A stretch of DNA of 64,000 bases from Squalus acanthias (Eukaryota): NCBI GenBank assembly GCA_030390025.1, contig CM059432.1, forward strand, positions 119,538,001-119,602,000, written 5' to 3'. Positions 11,562 through 24,759 of this stretch are shown here, piece by piece. A program made the translations under genes and the position numbers. How positions within the stretch are numbered: the stretch's first letter is position 1; every line of letters begins with the position of its first letter. Under the pieces are notes generated by a model. The model did no database searches. It was given only the letters and a program-made list of their open reading frames with translations, and was not told the DNA's origin.

Positions 11562-13275
11562 AGGGGAAAAATTCGGTATCAACCATTTTGGGGCACTAAC
11601 ATTGCCCGGGAGCAAACTTTAGCGCCCGGCGCTAATCAGCGCCAGCGACCGCGAAATTCAGTTTTAGCGCCCCAAGAGGAAAGTGGAGCGCTAAATCAAG
11701 CGCAAAACATTTCTCTTAGGACGCTAACGTTGGGGAGCGAGGCGCTACTGCAGAGCGCTACTCAAGTTCAAGCATTGCCCTGGTGGCAATGGCTGGGCCC
11801 TCAGAATGGCCAGGTTATGCAGCATGCAGCAAACAACAATAAAAATGGAGACTCGATCAGGGGAGTACTGCAGGGCTCCTCCAGAGCGGTCAAGGCAGCG
11901 GAACCATTGTTTCAGCACGCTGATAGTCTATTCGATCAGGTTCCTGCTGGCGCTATGGCTGTCATTGTATGTGTGCTGAGCAGGAGTGTTGGGGTTGCGG
12001 AGGGGTGTCATCAGCCAGGTGGCGAGTGGATAACCCTTGTCTCCGAGCAGCCAGCCGCGAGCTTGATGCGGTGGTTGGAACAGTGCTGGGACACCAGTCT
12101 GTTGCAGGATAAATGCATCGTGGCTGCTGCCAGGATAGCGGGCATTGTCTCGAGGATGCGCTGTCTGTGGTCACACACCAACAGCACGTTCAGAGAGTGG
12201 TAGCTTTTGCGGTTGCGGAACACCTTTGCATTGTGATGAGGTGCCTGCAATGCCATGTGGGTGCAATCAATGGTGCACTGAACCATGGGGAAGCCCGCTA
12301 TCCTTGCAAAGCCACATGAGCGTTCATCCTGTTTGTCTCTGGTCATGGGGAATGAGATGTACTCCCTTCTTCTTCTGTAGAGAGCGTCTGTTACCTCCCA
12401 GATGCAGCAATGGACGGCGAACTGTGAAATGTTTGAAATATCCCCTGTTGAAGCTTGGAAGGAGCTGTTGGCATAGAAATTGAGAGCGACTGTGACCTTC
12501 ACAGCCACTGAAAGAGATGTTCTGGTCCTGAGCTGAGGCTGGAGCTCTGGCTGTAGGAGGTGGCAGAGCTCTGTGACCACCTCCTTGCTGAAGCGGAACC
12601 TTCTAAGGCACTGCTGCTCTGGCAGATGAATGTAGAACTCCTCCTGGAATACCAGGAGGGTAAGGTCTGTTGAGAGCCCTGTTGGCCCTCCTCCCTCTGG
12701 CCACGTTTTCCAATCCTTCTCTCTGCCTCCGCTGCCTCCGATGGTGAAGCTGGAGGGCGCGGTCCCGTGTCAGTACAGCCCCCATTAAGTGTTGGAAATG
12801 TTGCGCTATCAAAAGTAAGACAAATGAACCTGATAAATATTTGGCTGGAGCAAAACTCCTTCAAGTAGGAAAACCTCAAATGGGCCAAAATGCCTGTCTG
12901 CTTCTGTCAAAGTGACAAGGCAGCATTGTTGGCCGACAAAAAAAACACGAAGTGCGTGCCTTCAAATAGCGCTCCTGCAGCTCCCAGCCGACTGCAAACA
13001 GCCTCCTCTACTTGTCATTCCTAACGGCAGGCACTGAGGCAGGGGGCGAAAATGAATTTCAATCCGGGGCGCTACCGGGGCGATGCGCGGCTGGATGACA
13101 TCATGATCTCCGGGCGCAGGAGATCGTGGCGGTAGTGGTTAGCGCCGCCGCAAACCGCCAGGTGAATTTCGCCAGTGGCACTAACATCGCCACACCCGGG
13201 CAGTAAGTCGTTAGTGCCCCATTAGCGCCCCCGGAGGTGATAACGGGAGGTGCTAACCAACTGAATTTCTCCCCC
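11562..13275 (-). mobile_element. Internally deleted Harbinger element with transposase pseudogene (~11790-12785)
   Basis: TIRs AGGGGAAAAATTCGGT / ACTGAATTTCTCCCCC; ORF 12011-12580 ([25 protein letters not shown]) with frameshifts; no Myb gene; TSD not matched. Confidence 0.9.
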
Positions 13276-13632
13276 GCAGTCACTTTGAATGAGAAGGTTG
13301 ACAGCAGGAGACAAGTCCCCTGCATCTGATGGTTAGTCAGGTGAATTATAAGAGACAGGGATAATCCTCATCACTCCTACACTGTGTCCTTCAGCAAGTC
13401 ACAATTTGCATTGCAGTGATCTTGGCCGTGTATAAAAAGAACAGAATCCTCTCAATTTCACTTCCCATTATCCACTTTATTTTATGAATTGCGATATCAA
13501 GACTGTAGCTAAGGTTGGTTAAGAGATATCTGTCACTGTTATCTCAGTTCATGAAGACGCACCAAATGGACTTCACTAGGGGGTTGAAATTCAGTGGGTA
13601 ATATGAGGAGATTGCTGAATAGCATACACCTT

Positions 13633-14504
13633 GGGGGAAAAATTCGGTTGGTTTGCGCCTCCTGTTAGCGCCTTAAGAGGGCGCTAATGGGGTGCAAAGC
13701 AACTAGCACCTGGGTGCGGCGATGTTTGCGCCGCTTGCGGAATTGACCAGACATTTTGTGGTGGCACTAAACACTACCACCACGATCTCCTGCGTCCGCA
13801 GATCGTGATGTCAGTCGAGCGTGCAACGCCCCGGTAGCACCCCGGACCGGATATTGAGTGGCGCCCCCTGCCTTTCTGCCTGCCGCTAGCAACGACAGGT
13901 TGAGGGGAGCGTTTTGCAGTCGGGAAGGGACTGGGGGAGCGCTATTTAAAGGCGACCGATTCCTGCCTTTTTTTTCGGCAACATTTTTGCACCACGCATT
14001 CTGAGTGAGAGAGAGAGACTTCTGGAGATATTCAATGCTGTGTTGAGGAGTTTTGGGTACTGAGCAGCACTTTGCAGGTTCATTTTGATTTGATCTTCCT
14101 TGCATCAATTTAGAAGAAACTATGGGGGGTGCACTCTGACATCTTTCCCTGGGTCTCTCCATTGTTCTTTCCAGCAGATTTGATGTACAGGTCTCTCCAG
14201 GCCGAGATTCAAGGCTGCAATGAGCAAGGTGTGGATGGAGAGCAAGATCGACCCTCCCCTTTAAGAACTGGCCAGCGCCAGTGTGTCTGTGTTCCATTGC
14301 TGACTGACATCACATGAGCTTCACCAGCGCTCTGAGATAGCGCCTCGCTCCTCGCCATTAGCGCCTTAAGAGAGGTGTGTAGCGCCTGATTTAGCGCTCC
14401 AATCACCTCCAGGGGCGATAGAAGCTAATAATTAGCGCCAGGCGCTAAACTTTGCGCCCGGCCGATAATTGCGCCCCAAACGGGCGATACCGAATTTCTG
14501 CCCC
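13633..14504 (+). mobile_element. Non-autonomous deletion derivative of the Harbinger family at 1-1350
   Basis: 16-bp TIR GGGGGAAAAATTCGGT / ACCGAATTTCTGCCCC, TSD CTT/CTT; keeps a transposase-start-like ATGGGGGGTGCA at ~14122. Confidence 0.88.
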
Positions 14505-14980
14505 CTTAGCTCAGAATCTATTCCCTTGCCTAACCGTGTGATCAAATTTTTAGATGCTGAGATGTAAAGCCCAGCATCTATGTTGAATGGGAAGGAATGG
14601 AGTATACAATCTCCTGCCTATGCCCACTTTTCAGGATTACACATGAATAATGACCACTTGGGTAAGGCCAACTGGCCTTTGCCGAACTGTATACCTGAAA
14701 ATGGTTTGCACTTTCATAAGGAGGAGGGCAGAAAAATTGACACGGGTGAATAAAAACAAAATTACAGCAATTATTTTTCCAGATGTTGCATGAAGGAAAA
14801 GAGGATAATTTGGATGCTTAAAGATCTTTTAATATTTGAGGGGTTAAAAGACTACACAGCACAGTGTTGATGGATTCTAGTCTGATATTTAGCTGGGAAT
14901 AGGCTTTATGGTAGTCAGCTTTTACATTGCACATGGAGCTGTACTTGGAGATCATAGACTGGAAAAATGGGGTTATACCA

Positions 14981-15653
14981 GCAGGACAGGTAGATAAGGT
15001 GGTTAAAAAGGCATATGAGATACTTGCCTTCATTAGCCGAGGCATAGAATATAAGAGCAGGGAGGTTATGATGGAGCTGTACAAAATACTAGTTAGGCCA
15101 CAGCTGGAATACTGTGTGCAGTTCTGGTCGCCACACTATAGGAGGGATGTGATTGCATTGGAGAGGGTGCAGAGGAGATTCACCAGGATGTTACCTGGGC
15201 TGGAGCGCTTCAGCTATGAAGAGAGACTGGACAGGCTGGGGTTGTTTTCCTTAGAGCAGAGAAGGCTGAGGGGGGACCTGATTGAGGTGTACAAAATTAT
15301 GAGGGGCATAGATAGGGTAGATAGAAAGGAACTTTTCCCTTAGTAGAGAGGTCAATAACCAGGGGACATAGTTTCAAGGTAAGGGGCAGGAGGTTTAGAG
15401 GGGATTTGAGGAAAAACTTTTTCACCCAGAGGGTGGTTAGAATCTGGAACTCACTGCCTGAAAGGGTGGTAGAGGCAGGAACCCTCACAACATTCAAGAA
15501 GCATTTAGATGAGCACTTGAAATGCCATAGCATACAAGGCTATGGACCAAGTGCTGGAAAATGGGATTAGAATAGACAGGGCTTGATGGCCGGCGCGGAC
15601 ACGATGGGCCGAAGGGCCTCTTTCTGTGCTGTATAACTCTATGACGCTATGAC
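14981..15653 (+). mobile_element. 5'-truncated CR1 LINE
   Basis: LVRPQLEYCVQFWSPHY...LERVQRRFTR...RGDLIEVYK; (CTATGACT)-type tail. Confidence 0.92.
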
Positions 15654-15872
15654 TAATGTTCTAGTTCTATATCTTACCTGTGCTCCCCATGAGCAGGGCT
15701 TCTCTGCTGGGCAATATATCAGGTAGAACAGCCATAGTAAGTTTGTGTTAATATAAAATATATATCTACATATTAAAGATTGATTCTGCAGTGGTTGCAA
15801 TGGCTTTACAAGGTCAGGCCTGGAGCAGTGGAGACATTACCACATTAACCATCCATGAGAAGAGATAAGAAA

Positions 15873-16987
15873 TGTAGTAAATTAGTCAAGGAGACTTTAG
15901 GGAGTAATGTGATATTAATAGGGGTTGCATTATGGATGTACAGGGAAGAGATAAGACTTCAAATGCTACAGAGAACTAATGAGCGGTCATGTGTGGAATG
16001 TTCAGAGTGTCATAAACAACCTAAGACGTCAAAGGAATGCACAACAGACGATAGATTCTAACCTGACCACTAAACGAGATTGCAAGTCAACAACAACAAC
16101 TTGTATTTATATAGCGCCTTTAATGTAGTAAAATGGCCCAAAGCGCTTTACAGGAGTATTATAAGACAAAAAAATTGACACTGAACCATATAAGGAGAAA
16201 TTAGGGCAGATGACCAAAAGCTTCGTCAAAGAGGTAGGTTTTAAGGAGCATCTTAAAGGAGGAAAGAGAGGCAGAGAGGCGGAGAGATTTAGGCAGGGAA
16301 TTCCAAAGCTTAGGGCCTAGGCAACAGAAGGCACGGCCACCAATGGTAGAGTGATTATAGTCATCGATGCTCAAAAGTGCAGAATTAGAGGAGCGCAGAT
16401 ATCTCAGGAGGTTGTGGGGCTGGGTGAGATTACAGAGATAAGGAGGGGTGAGGCCATGGTAGGATTTGAAAACAAGGATGAGAATTTTGAAATCGAGGTG
16501 TTGCTTAATCAGGAGCCAATGTAGGTCAGTGAGCACAGAGGTGATGGGTGAACGGGATTTGGTGAGAGTTAGTACATGGGCAGCCGAGTTTTGGATGACC
16601 TCAAGTTTACGTAGGGCACACACAGAACATGATGACATATGCTACCCACATTTGTCCTAGGTAATTAAACCTATAAAAGATACAACACACTAGAACTACT
16701 GGGGAACTATAATCTAGTCTTGCCGAGGCTAGTGTAAGCAGTCAAGATGATGCAACTGCGACCTCCTAATGAGTCCTTGGTATGTGAATATTGATACCTA
16801 TGTCTCATATGTACTGCTTGTAAGGCATTGTGTTTTATTATCTCATTGACTTGATTTAATAAAGATTATTAACCAGACGTTTCAGTGTTTCCTAGTACTT
16901 GAACCTATATTAGAGGTGATGGATGTATGGTAATATCCTATAATTCCTCCATCAAAGGGCAATAGCGATATATGACGGCATCCTACA
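15873..16987 (+). mobile_element. Probable solo LTR interrupted by an L2 fragment
   Basis: TGTAG...CTACA termini; flanks GAAA/TAAA; TATAAAA at ~16672, AATAAA at ~16858. Confidence 0.5.
16088..16616 (-). mobile_element. L2 LINE 3' end
   Basis: IQNSAAHVLT...LHWL...FKIL...RAF..GPKLWNSLP..LKTYLF; tail GGCGCTATATAAATACAAG(TTG)n. Confidence 0.92.
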
Positions 16988-17094
16988 TAAACCCAACAGG
17001 AACACTAAATTGTGGAATCCCTCCCTTACGCCAAAATCATTTTAACATTTAATCAGCAAATTTCCTACTGAAATCAACTTTGAAAACCACCAAT

Positions 17095-17630
17095 AGAATT
17101 ACATAGAATTTACAGGCCGTTCAGCCCAACTATTCTATGCTGGCGTTTATGCTCCACACAAGCCTCCTCGCACCCCTCTTCATCTAACCCTATCAGCATA
17201 ACCTTCTCCTTCATGTGTTTATCTCGCTTCCCCTTAAATGTATCTATGCTATTCGCCTCAACCACTCCTTGTGGTAGTGAGTTCCACATTCTAATCACTC
17301 TCTGGGTAAAGAAGTTTCTCCTGAATTCCCTATTGGATTCATAGTGATTATCTTATATTTATGGCCCCTAGTTTTGGTCTCCCCCCCCACAAGTGAAAAC
17401 ATCTTCTCTTTGTCTACCCGGTCAAACCCTTTCATAATCTTAAAGACCTCCATCAGGTCACCCCTCAGCCTTCTCTTTTCTAGAGAAAAGAGGTCCAGCC
17501 TGTTCAATCTTTCTGATAGGTATAACCTGTCAGTTCTGGTATCATCCTTGTAAATCTGTTTTGCAACTTCTCCAGTGCCTCTATCTCATTTTTATAATGT
17601 GGAGACCAGAACTGTGCACAATACTCTAAG
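17095..17630 (-). mobile_element. CR1 3' fragment
   Basis: LFSLEKRRLRGDLMEVFK, WNSLPQ; same 3' UTR also at 24120-24290, 47690-47990, 59715-59830. Confidence 0.85.
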
Positions 17631-19794
17631 ATGTGTAACCTTTTCAGTAGCATAAACTGGGTGATGTTTAAAGTGAGGTGTACTTCTGATGCATTTCAAA
17701 ATGTAAAGTTGAATTATCAAGCCACAAGCTGCTGACATAAAATTTAAGCAAGTGCCTGTAAAATCACAGCTTGTATTGTATTAGTATAGTCTTTGTTAAT
17801 CTGTTCTGGCTGTTACATTCTAGGCTCTCACCCAGCTCTCTTTATCCATGTTCACAGAAAAATGCAGCTTTCATTAACAGATCCACCCTCAGAAATGTAC
17901 AGCCTTTTGCTTTTTGTGAACAGTGGGTACCATGCCACGGTATTAACGATTACCATTTTAGAAGGTATCTCACATTGGAGATTGCACAATTTGCCCGCCT
18001 CTGTTATGCAAGAAAAACGGCACACTTTCAAACCACAACATTCCAGCTGAAGCTACAAGTTAAATTTATTTAAAAGGAATAAGATTATAGATAAACAAAA
18101 GACATACAGCAGAATAATCAGCGATGCAAATGCTTGGTTGACACAATATTTTAAACTGTCTCGCAGATAAGAAAATGTTCGAAATCTTCTTTTATCGTAA
18201 CTTGAAAACAGAACTGCTGAACAGGGAAAAGCTATCAAGCTTATACCTCTCTAAACGGGACTTTAATATTCCAGATCAAAGGGGGGGTATCACACAATGC
18301 ATTTAAAGGTGCTTTCATTAGATTTTAGTTAGTGAGAACTATTGACTTCTGGTACTTAGAACGATCTTGTTGCCATCTAACACCTAACTTGCATGCCAAA
18401 TAGCTTCTTCTAGAGAACAACTTGGTGACCATTATGTATTTGCAAACTTTGCATGGAACCGGCATTTCAAAGCCAGATGAGAATTCCCAATGTAATTAAC
18501 ATTTAAGGACGTTCCTCAAGGTAGATAACCCCCACAATAATGTATACATGCCTAAACAGAAATTGTGTAATTCTTTAACTCACTCACCTCACATAACGAC
18601 AAAGTCCTTTTAGAAAGCAGCTAACAGAGTTTTATTTTAAATTCACATGTGGAAAAGATATAACAGAGATTTTGATTTAAAACAAGCCAAAACTTTACTC
18701 CATCACACTGGCATTCTAGATTAAAATCTTAGCGAAAAGACAATTATAGTCCAATTAATACAATAATAGCAATGGCAATATCCGTTTCAACAGTTATTAC
18801 ATAGAAGACTGCTGGAATCTGTTTCTTGTTTCACTTAATGATCACTTTCTATGTTCAAAAACTACTTACAGCGACAGCATTAGAGTTTATCAGTTTTCAT
18901 AACTTCCATGCCTTGAGGCTCATTTGAAATAAAAATGCCAGTTTTAAGTACCAGGGGGATGTGCAAAGAGTAGCTTGATGCTTTATACTGAAACATTCAT
19001 TGGAGTAATAAACATCATTGACAGTTACATACTGTGTCTTTATGAAGAATCCACATTGGCAGCGATATTAAAGGGTTCTGTCTCTGACAGATATGAGCTT
19101 TCAAAATCCTGTTTATCATTGTTTCTGAAGATTTCAAAATTATGCATAATGAAACTATTGTATAATTCAAATCTCTTTGGGAAGTGAATAATTATGTTAA
19201 CCCTTTTAAGTGCTAGTCACAAGTTCAGTTCTGCTAATCGTATGGAGTTTCTCTTCGCTAATGTTGGGTAATAACTTTGGATGAATATATTAAACCATAA
19301 TGGAAACGGGTTAATCAAGGTAACAGCAGAATTTGATGAAGTTTGCTAGTGTAATACTGCCAATGCTATGCCTTTATATATATATATATTATTGTAACTG
19401 TGTGAAAATTTAACTTTTCATTTGAGAAACATAATTAAGTAATTTTAAACGCTAATATTTTGAAATAGCGAATCAATGTCTGGGACATTTGAGCAAAAGT
19501 CTTTGTGGGAAATGCTGAGATTAGATGTATTAGAGGGGGTCTGTAGACCTGTAAATTGACAGACTCCCAAAGGTGAATAGTTATCAGAAAGGAAAGAATG
19601 TTCTGGGTGATGTTTACCGATGCTGATTGCAAGGACACCAGAGTGTTGATTCAGTAAAGGGGCACCACCTGCTCTGACGAGTGTAATAAAGTTCATGTGA
19701 GAGCTGTGAAACATAAGGGAGTTGTCACATAGCATTGATATGAAAGGATAAACATTTAATAGACAGAAAAGGAGTAAATTCATCATGTGCCATA

Positions 19795-20190
19795 GGGGTA
19801 CAAATTCAGTTGCGTTTCGCCAAGTTTTTGGGTGCAAAATTGGAGTTCCACTTACCAATTTCACGGTGAGACGTCCCGCACCACAAGTGCGCAGAAAAAG
19901 CGGTGGTCACCATATTTGTTAAGACACTCCTTAGACGTTCCTAGCAGCCCCCTGAAATGAATACTAACCTAATTGAAATATTTAAATTGGAGCCCTACGC
20001 TTGTATTAGGACTATTTGGGGAAATTCATGCCTGGGAGCTTTAATTTGCTCATTTCTTGTGCCCGTCCAGAAAAACATGGCACGTGAAAATCCAGGAAGT
20101 GGGCTGAAGCAGTGATATTTACAGGGAGCCCCACCTCCATTCAGGTAATTCTCTGGATCATTTTTTTTGGCTGCTGGGGATTTGTGGAGC
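19795..20190. mobile_element. Harbinger-type MITE fragment
   Basis: Starts GGGGTACAAATTCAGTTG (TIR-like); other end not found. Confidence 0.4.
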
Positions 20191-20199
20191 CTTTTTTTT

Positions 20200-21441
20200 C
20201 ATAGAATCATAGAAAGTTACAGCACGGAAGGAGGCCATTTCGGCCCATCGTGTCCGTGCCGGCCAACAAAGAGCTATCCAGCCTAATCTCACTTCCCAGC
20301 TCTTGGTCCATAGCCCTGCAGGTTACAGCATCCCAAGTGCACATCCAAGTACTTTTTAAATGTAGTTAGGGTTTCTGCCTCTACCACCCTTTCAGGCAGT
20401 GAGTTCCAGACCCCCACAACACTCTGGTGAAGAAATTTCCCTCAAATCCCTCTAAACCTTCCACCAATTATTTTAAATCTGTGCCCCCTGGTTTTTGACC
20501 CCTCTGCTAAGGGAAATAGGTCCTTTCTATCCACCTTATCTAGGCCCCTCATAATTTTATACACCTCAATAAGTTCTCCCCTCAGCCTCCTCTGTTCCAA
20601 GGAAAACAAATCCAGCCTATCCAGTCTTTCCTCATAGCTAAGATTCTCTACTCCTGGCAACATCCTTGTAAATCTCCTCTATACCCTCTCTAGTGCAATC
20701 ACATCTTTCCTGTAATGTGGTGACCAGAACTGCACGCAGTACTCTAGCTGAGGCCTAACTAGTGTTTTATACAGTTGAAGCATAACCCCCCTGCTCTTGT
20801 ATTCTATGCCACGGCTAATAAAGGCAAGCATTCCGTATGCCTTCTTAACCACCTTATCTACCTGGCCTGCTACCTTCAGGGATCTGTGGACATGCACTCC
20901 AAGGTCCCTTTGTTCCTCTACACTACTCAGTGTCCTACCATTTAATGTGTATTCCCTTTCCTTGTTAGCCCTCCCCAAATGCATTACCTCACACTTCTCC
21001 GAATTGAATTCCATTTGCCACTGTTCTGCCACCTGACCAATTTATTGATATCTTCCTGCAGTCTACAGCTTCCTTCTTCAGTATCAACCACACAGCCGAT
21101 TTTAGTATCATCTGCAAACTTCTTAATCATACCCCCTATATTCAAGTCTAGATCATTGATATATACCACAAAAAGCAAGGGACCTAATACTGAGCCCTGC
21201 GGAACCCCACTGGAAACAGCCTTCCAGTCACAAAAACGCCCATCAACCATTACTCTCTGCTTCCTGCCTCCGAGCCAGTTTTACATCCAACTTGACACTT
21301 TGCCCTGGATCCATGGGCTTTTAACTTTGTGACCAGTCTGCCATTTTAATATCATCTGCAAACTTCTTAATCATACCCCCTGTATTCAAGTCTAGATCAT
21401 TGATATATGCCACAAAAAGTAAGGGACCTAGTACTGAGCCC
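20200..21441 (-). mobile_element. 5'-truncated CR1 with a ~95-bp internal duplication
   Basis: GVPQGSVLGPLLF, KFADDTK, LVRPQLEYC; ~21345-21441 repeats ~21105-21200. Confidence 0.92.
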
Positions 21442-21551
21442 TGTCTTCTTTGGCTGAGTTTTGGTAGTTTTGCTACTGCAGAGCTGTTGGAGAGCTGACG
21501 TTTGGCCACAGCTGCTCTGATTTAGTTCATTGGCTGCAGGAGTACTGGAAA

Positions 21552-22470
21552 CGATGGGACTGTTGCTGGGATTACCACTGAGGGTACCACCACAGCGGCA
21601 GCAGCAAGCACAGCAGCACAGACCTGCGGAGGCTCAAAGAAGAAATCAAGGAGGCAAGGGCCAAGGAGGCATTACAGCATGTGGGTGTTTCACAACGTGG
21701 CAGAGGAGCAGTGTATGAGAAGTCTGCTTTTCAGCAGGCAAGCAATCATTGACCTATGTCACCTGTCGCAGCAGGAATTGGAGCCAAACACCAGGGCACA
21801 CACAGCACTGCCTGTGGATGTGAAGGTTAAGGTGGCTCTCAACTTCTACAAACAGGCTCAATCCAGGCTGCAACAGATAATACCAGCAACATCAGTCAGT
21901 TTACTGTCCACGTGGTCATCAAGCAGGTGATGGATGCCCTCTTCACAAGAAGACAGCAATACATCAACTTCCCGATGCAGGCTGAGGTTCCGGAGGACAG
22001 AGCTCTTGGATTTGCTCACATCTCCAGGTTTTACCAGGTCCAAGGCCTCATTGACTGCACACATGTTGTCCTGCGTTCTCCCCATCCAAAAACAGCTATG
22101 TTTTATAACAGGAAGGGGTCCCACCCCCTGAATGTTCAGCTGGTCTGTGACCATATGAAGTGAAGAATGCAGATCTGTACCCAGTTTTCTGGCAATAGTC
22201 ATACTGCGCCAGTCCTCAATGGCCCCTGTCTTTGACCCAGACCTAGAGAACCTAGGCACAGACGCTAAGCACCAATATAATGGGAGCCACACACCAACCA
22301 GAGCTCTCATTCAGTCAACCATAGGCATCCTAAAGCAAAATTTTGGTGCCTGGACTGATCCAATGGAGTCCTGCAGTATAACCTCGAGCTAGTCCCAGAT
22401 TTGTTGTGGCTTTCTGCTTGTTGCACAATTATGCCATTCATAAGGGCCAAGCCTTGCAGCTGCCACAGGA
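21552..22470 (+). pseudogene. Harbinger transposase pseudogene
   Basis: ALPVDVKVKVALNFY, GLIDCTHV, NRKGSHPLNVQLVCDH across frameshifts; convergent with the Myb remnant at 23760-24008. Confidence 0.85.
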
Positions 22471-22495
22471 GGTAGAAGTGCAGGAGTAAGATGAA

Positions 22496-22815
22496 GAAAG
22501 AAAGACTTGCATTTATATAGCGCCTTTCACGATCACCGGAAGTCTCAAAGCGCTTTACAGCCAATGAAGTACTATTTGAAGTGTAGTCACTGTTGTATTG
22601 TGGGAAACACGGCAGCCAATTTGTGCACAGCAAGGTCCCACAAGGTCCCACAAACAGCAATGTGATAATGACCAGATAATCTGTTTTTGTTATGTTGGTT
22701 GAGGGATAAATATTGGCCAGGACACCGAGGATAACTCCCCTGCTCTTCTTCGAAATAGTGCCATGGGATCTTTTACATCCACCTGAGAGAGCAGACGGGG
22801 CCTTGGTTTAACCGA
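22496..22815 (-). mobile_element. Deu-domain SINE (SacSINE1/AmnSINE-like), 3' part
   Basis: AAAGATCCCATGGCACTATTT...GTGTCCTGGCCAA body; tail GGCGCTATATAAATGCAAGTCTTTC. Confidence 0.85.
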
Positions 22816-23759
22816 GACTCTGTCTTCGACGCAAGTGTCCTCAACTCCATCCTGCAGCATGCTACCCGCCAGCACCTCAGCACAACCGCAGCCCGGCATG
22901 AGGTTGAAAAGGCCATCCGACAACTGAAGAACAACAGAGGCGAGTGTGCTACCAACTGAGCCACAGCTGACTACTGAAGAAGGGGTAGAGGAAGAAAAGG
23001 ACGATGAGGAAGACCAAGGTGAAACAGTGCTGTAAGGCAACTAATTATTGAGGAGAGTCTCTGAAGCAAACCATCCTCCCCCAGTACACCAACAGACCCA
23101 GTATTTGACCCAAACCTTCAGCCCACCTTTTGCATATCCTCCAACCCGAATACATCAGGGGTCTTCCACTTACATAACTAAGAATATGAAGACCAATATC
23201 AATGCAAAAAAGTAACTGTTTATTAACATCGTGCACATTGTGGGTTTAACAACTTTTATTTCTCTTAATGTTGAACTGAAATCACCCTACATTACAACAG
23301 TGACTACACTTCAAAAAGTACTTCATCATCTGTAAACTGCTTTGGGACGTCCAATGGTCGTGAAAGGTGCTATATAAATGCAAGTCTTTCTAATGCAGTT
23401 CCTTGGTCGCTGGTATCTGCTTGTTTACATATTCTAATGCTCCTACAATTTGGTTCTCCTGTTGCTGGAACCTGAGATGTGGAAGGCCACTGAGGCAATT
23501 AAGATGGCCGTGGTGGGCAATGTTGAGCAGTCCTGACCCTTAAGAGCTTGGCTACAGACTGCTGTTTCTTGGTGTTGGTTGGGGCAGTCTGGGCTCAACA
23601 AGGGCACTGGGTCAAAGGCTGGCAGGAGAGCAGGTATGCTGTCTCCTGAGAGAGGACCAGAATGTTGGTAACTGGGGGAGCAAAGAGTTGTGAGTGCTGG
23701 GGCTTCAGTTAGTGCAGGGTTATGCAGAGAGTGATGCAACATCGTAGTTAAGAGTCTTA

Positions 23760-24008
23760 CCTTAGCAACCCTGGTAAGGTCATTAAACTTCGTCCTGCCT
23801 TGCAGCCTTGTCTTGGGGTCAATGCCCCTGGCACTGATACAGTCTGCCACCTTGTGCCCACTGCTGCCGTGCGGTTTGGTGGACTACCTTCCTGCTGCTT
23901 GGTGGGAAGAAGATATCCCTCCTCTTGCCAACCTCTCCCAATAAGGACCTCCAGTGTTGCATCTGAGAAACAGGGGCTCCTTGAACTTTCTCCTTGGCTT
24001 TCCATCTT
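23760..24008 (-). pseudogene. Harbinger Myb/SANT-like gene, exon 1 remnant
   Basis: SPCFSDATLEVLI...VADCISA...RTKFNDLTRVAK|GTAAGA. Confidence 0.8.
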
Positions 24009-24759
24009 CAGAATTGCCTTCTGGTCACCTGAAACCAAAGTGCACCTCCCTTATAAGAGGTGCAGTCCACCGTTTTGGGCTCAGATAAATTCTACCCATC
24101 TGAGGCAACTAGCATAGATGCATTTAAGGGGAACCTAGATTGACTACATGAGGGAGAAAGGAACAGAAGGATATGTTGATGGGGTTAGATGAAGTAGGGT
24201 GGGAGGAGGCTCGTGTGGAGCATAAACACCGGCATGGACCTGTTGGGCCAAATGGCCTGTTTCTGTGCTGTAAATATCATGTAATGTAAATACTATGTAA
24301 TGTAATACATATGAAATGTAAACTGCTAATTTCGTTGGAATGGTCAATTAGATAGTTTTTGGTGAAGTGCATTGTCAAGGATGGACATGCCATGTGAACC
24401 AGCCGGAAGCAAAAGGTGTTAAAATATAAATATAACATTTTCAATTTGCTTCAGGATTTTGCTCCAATAAAATTAGGTATGCTCACTCCTGAAAATCTTG
24501 ACATGATTCTTGAATGCCAAAGAAGTGCTACTACTATTGATTGAACATCCAGAAACTGCTAGTTTCACCTAGAATGGTATACAGTCAACATGCTAATAAC
24601 TACAGATTTACATAAGAAATGGGTTTGAAAAACTGATTGTTAATAGGGGTGGGGGAGAATAAACAGGGGACAGAAATCAAAATAATACATTAAAAGCAGA
24701 AAAAATGCAATTGTGTTTATATGTATTTAATATAAATAATGAGTGAATGATAACCATAT

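Noticed and set aside
19445..19864. 139-aa minus-strand ORF
   Set aside because: Starts inside a MITE fragment; no domain similarity; consistent with chance.
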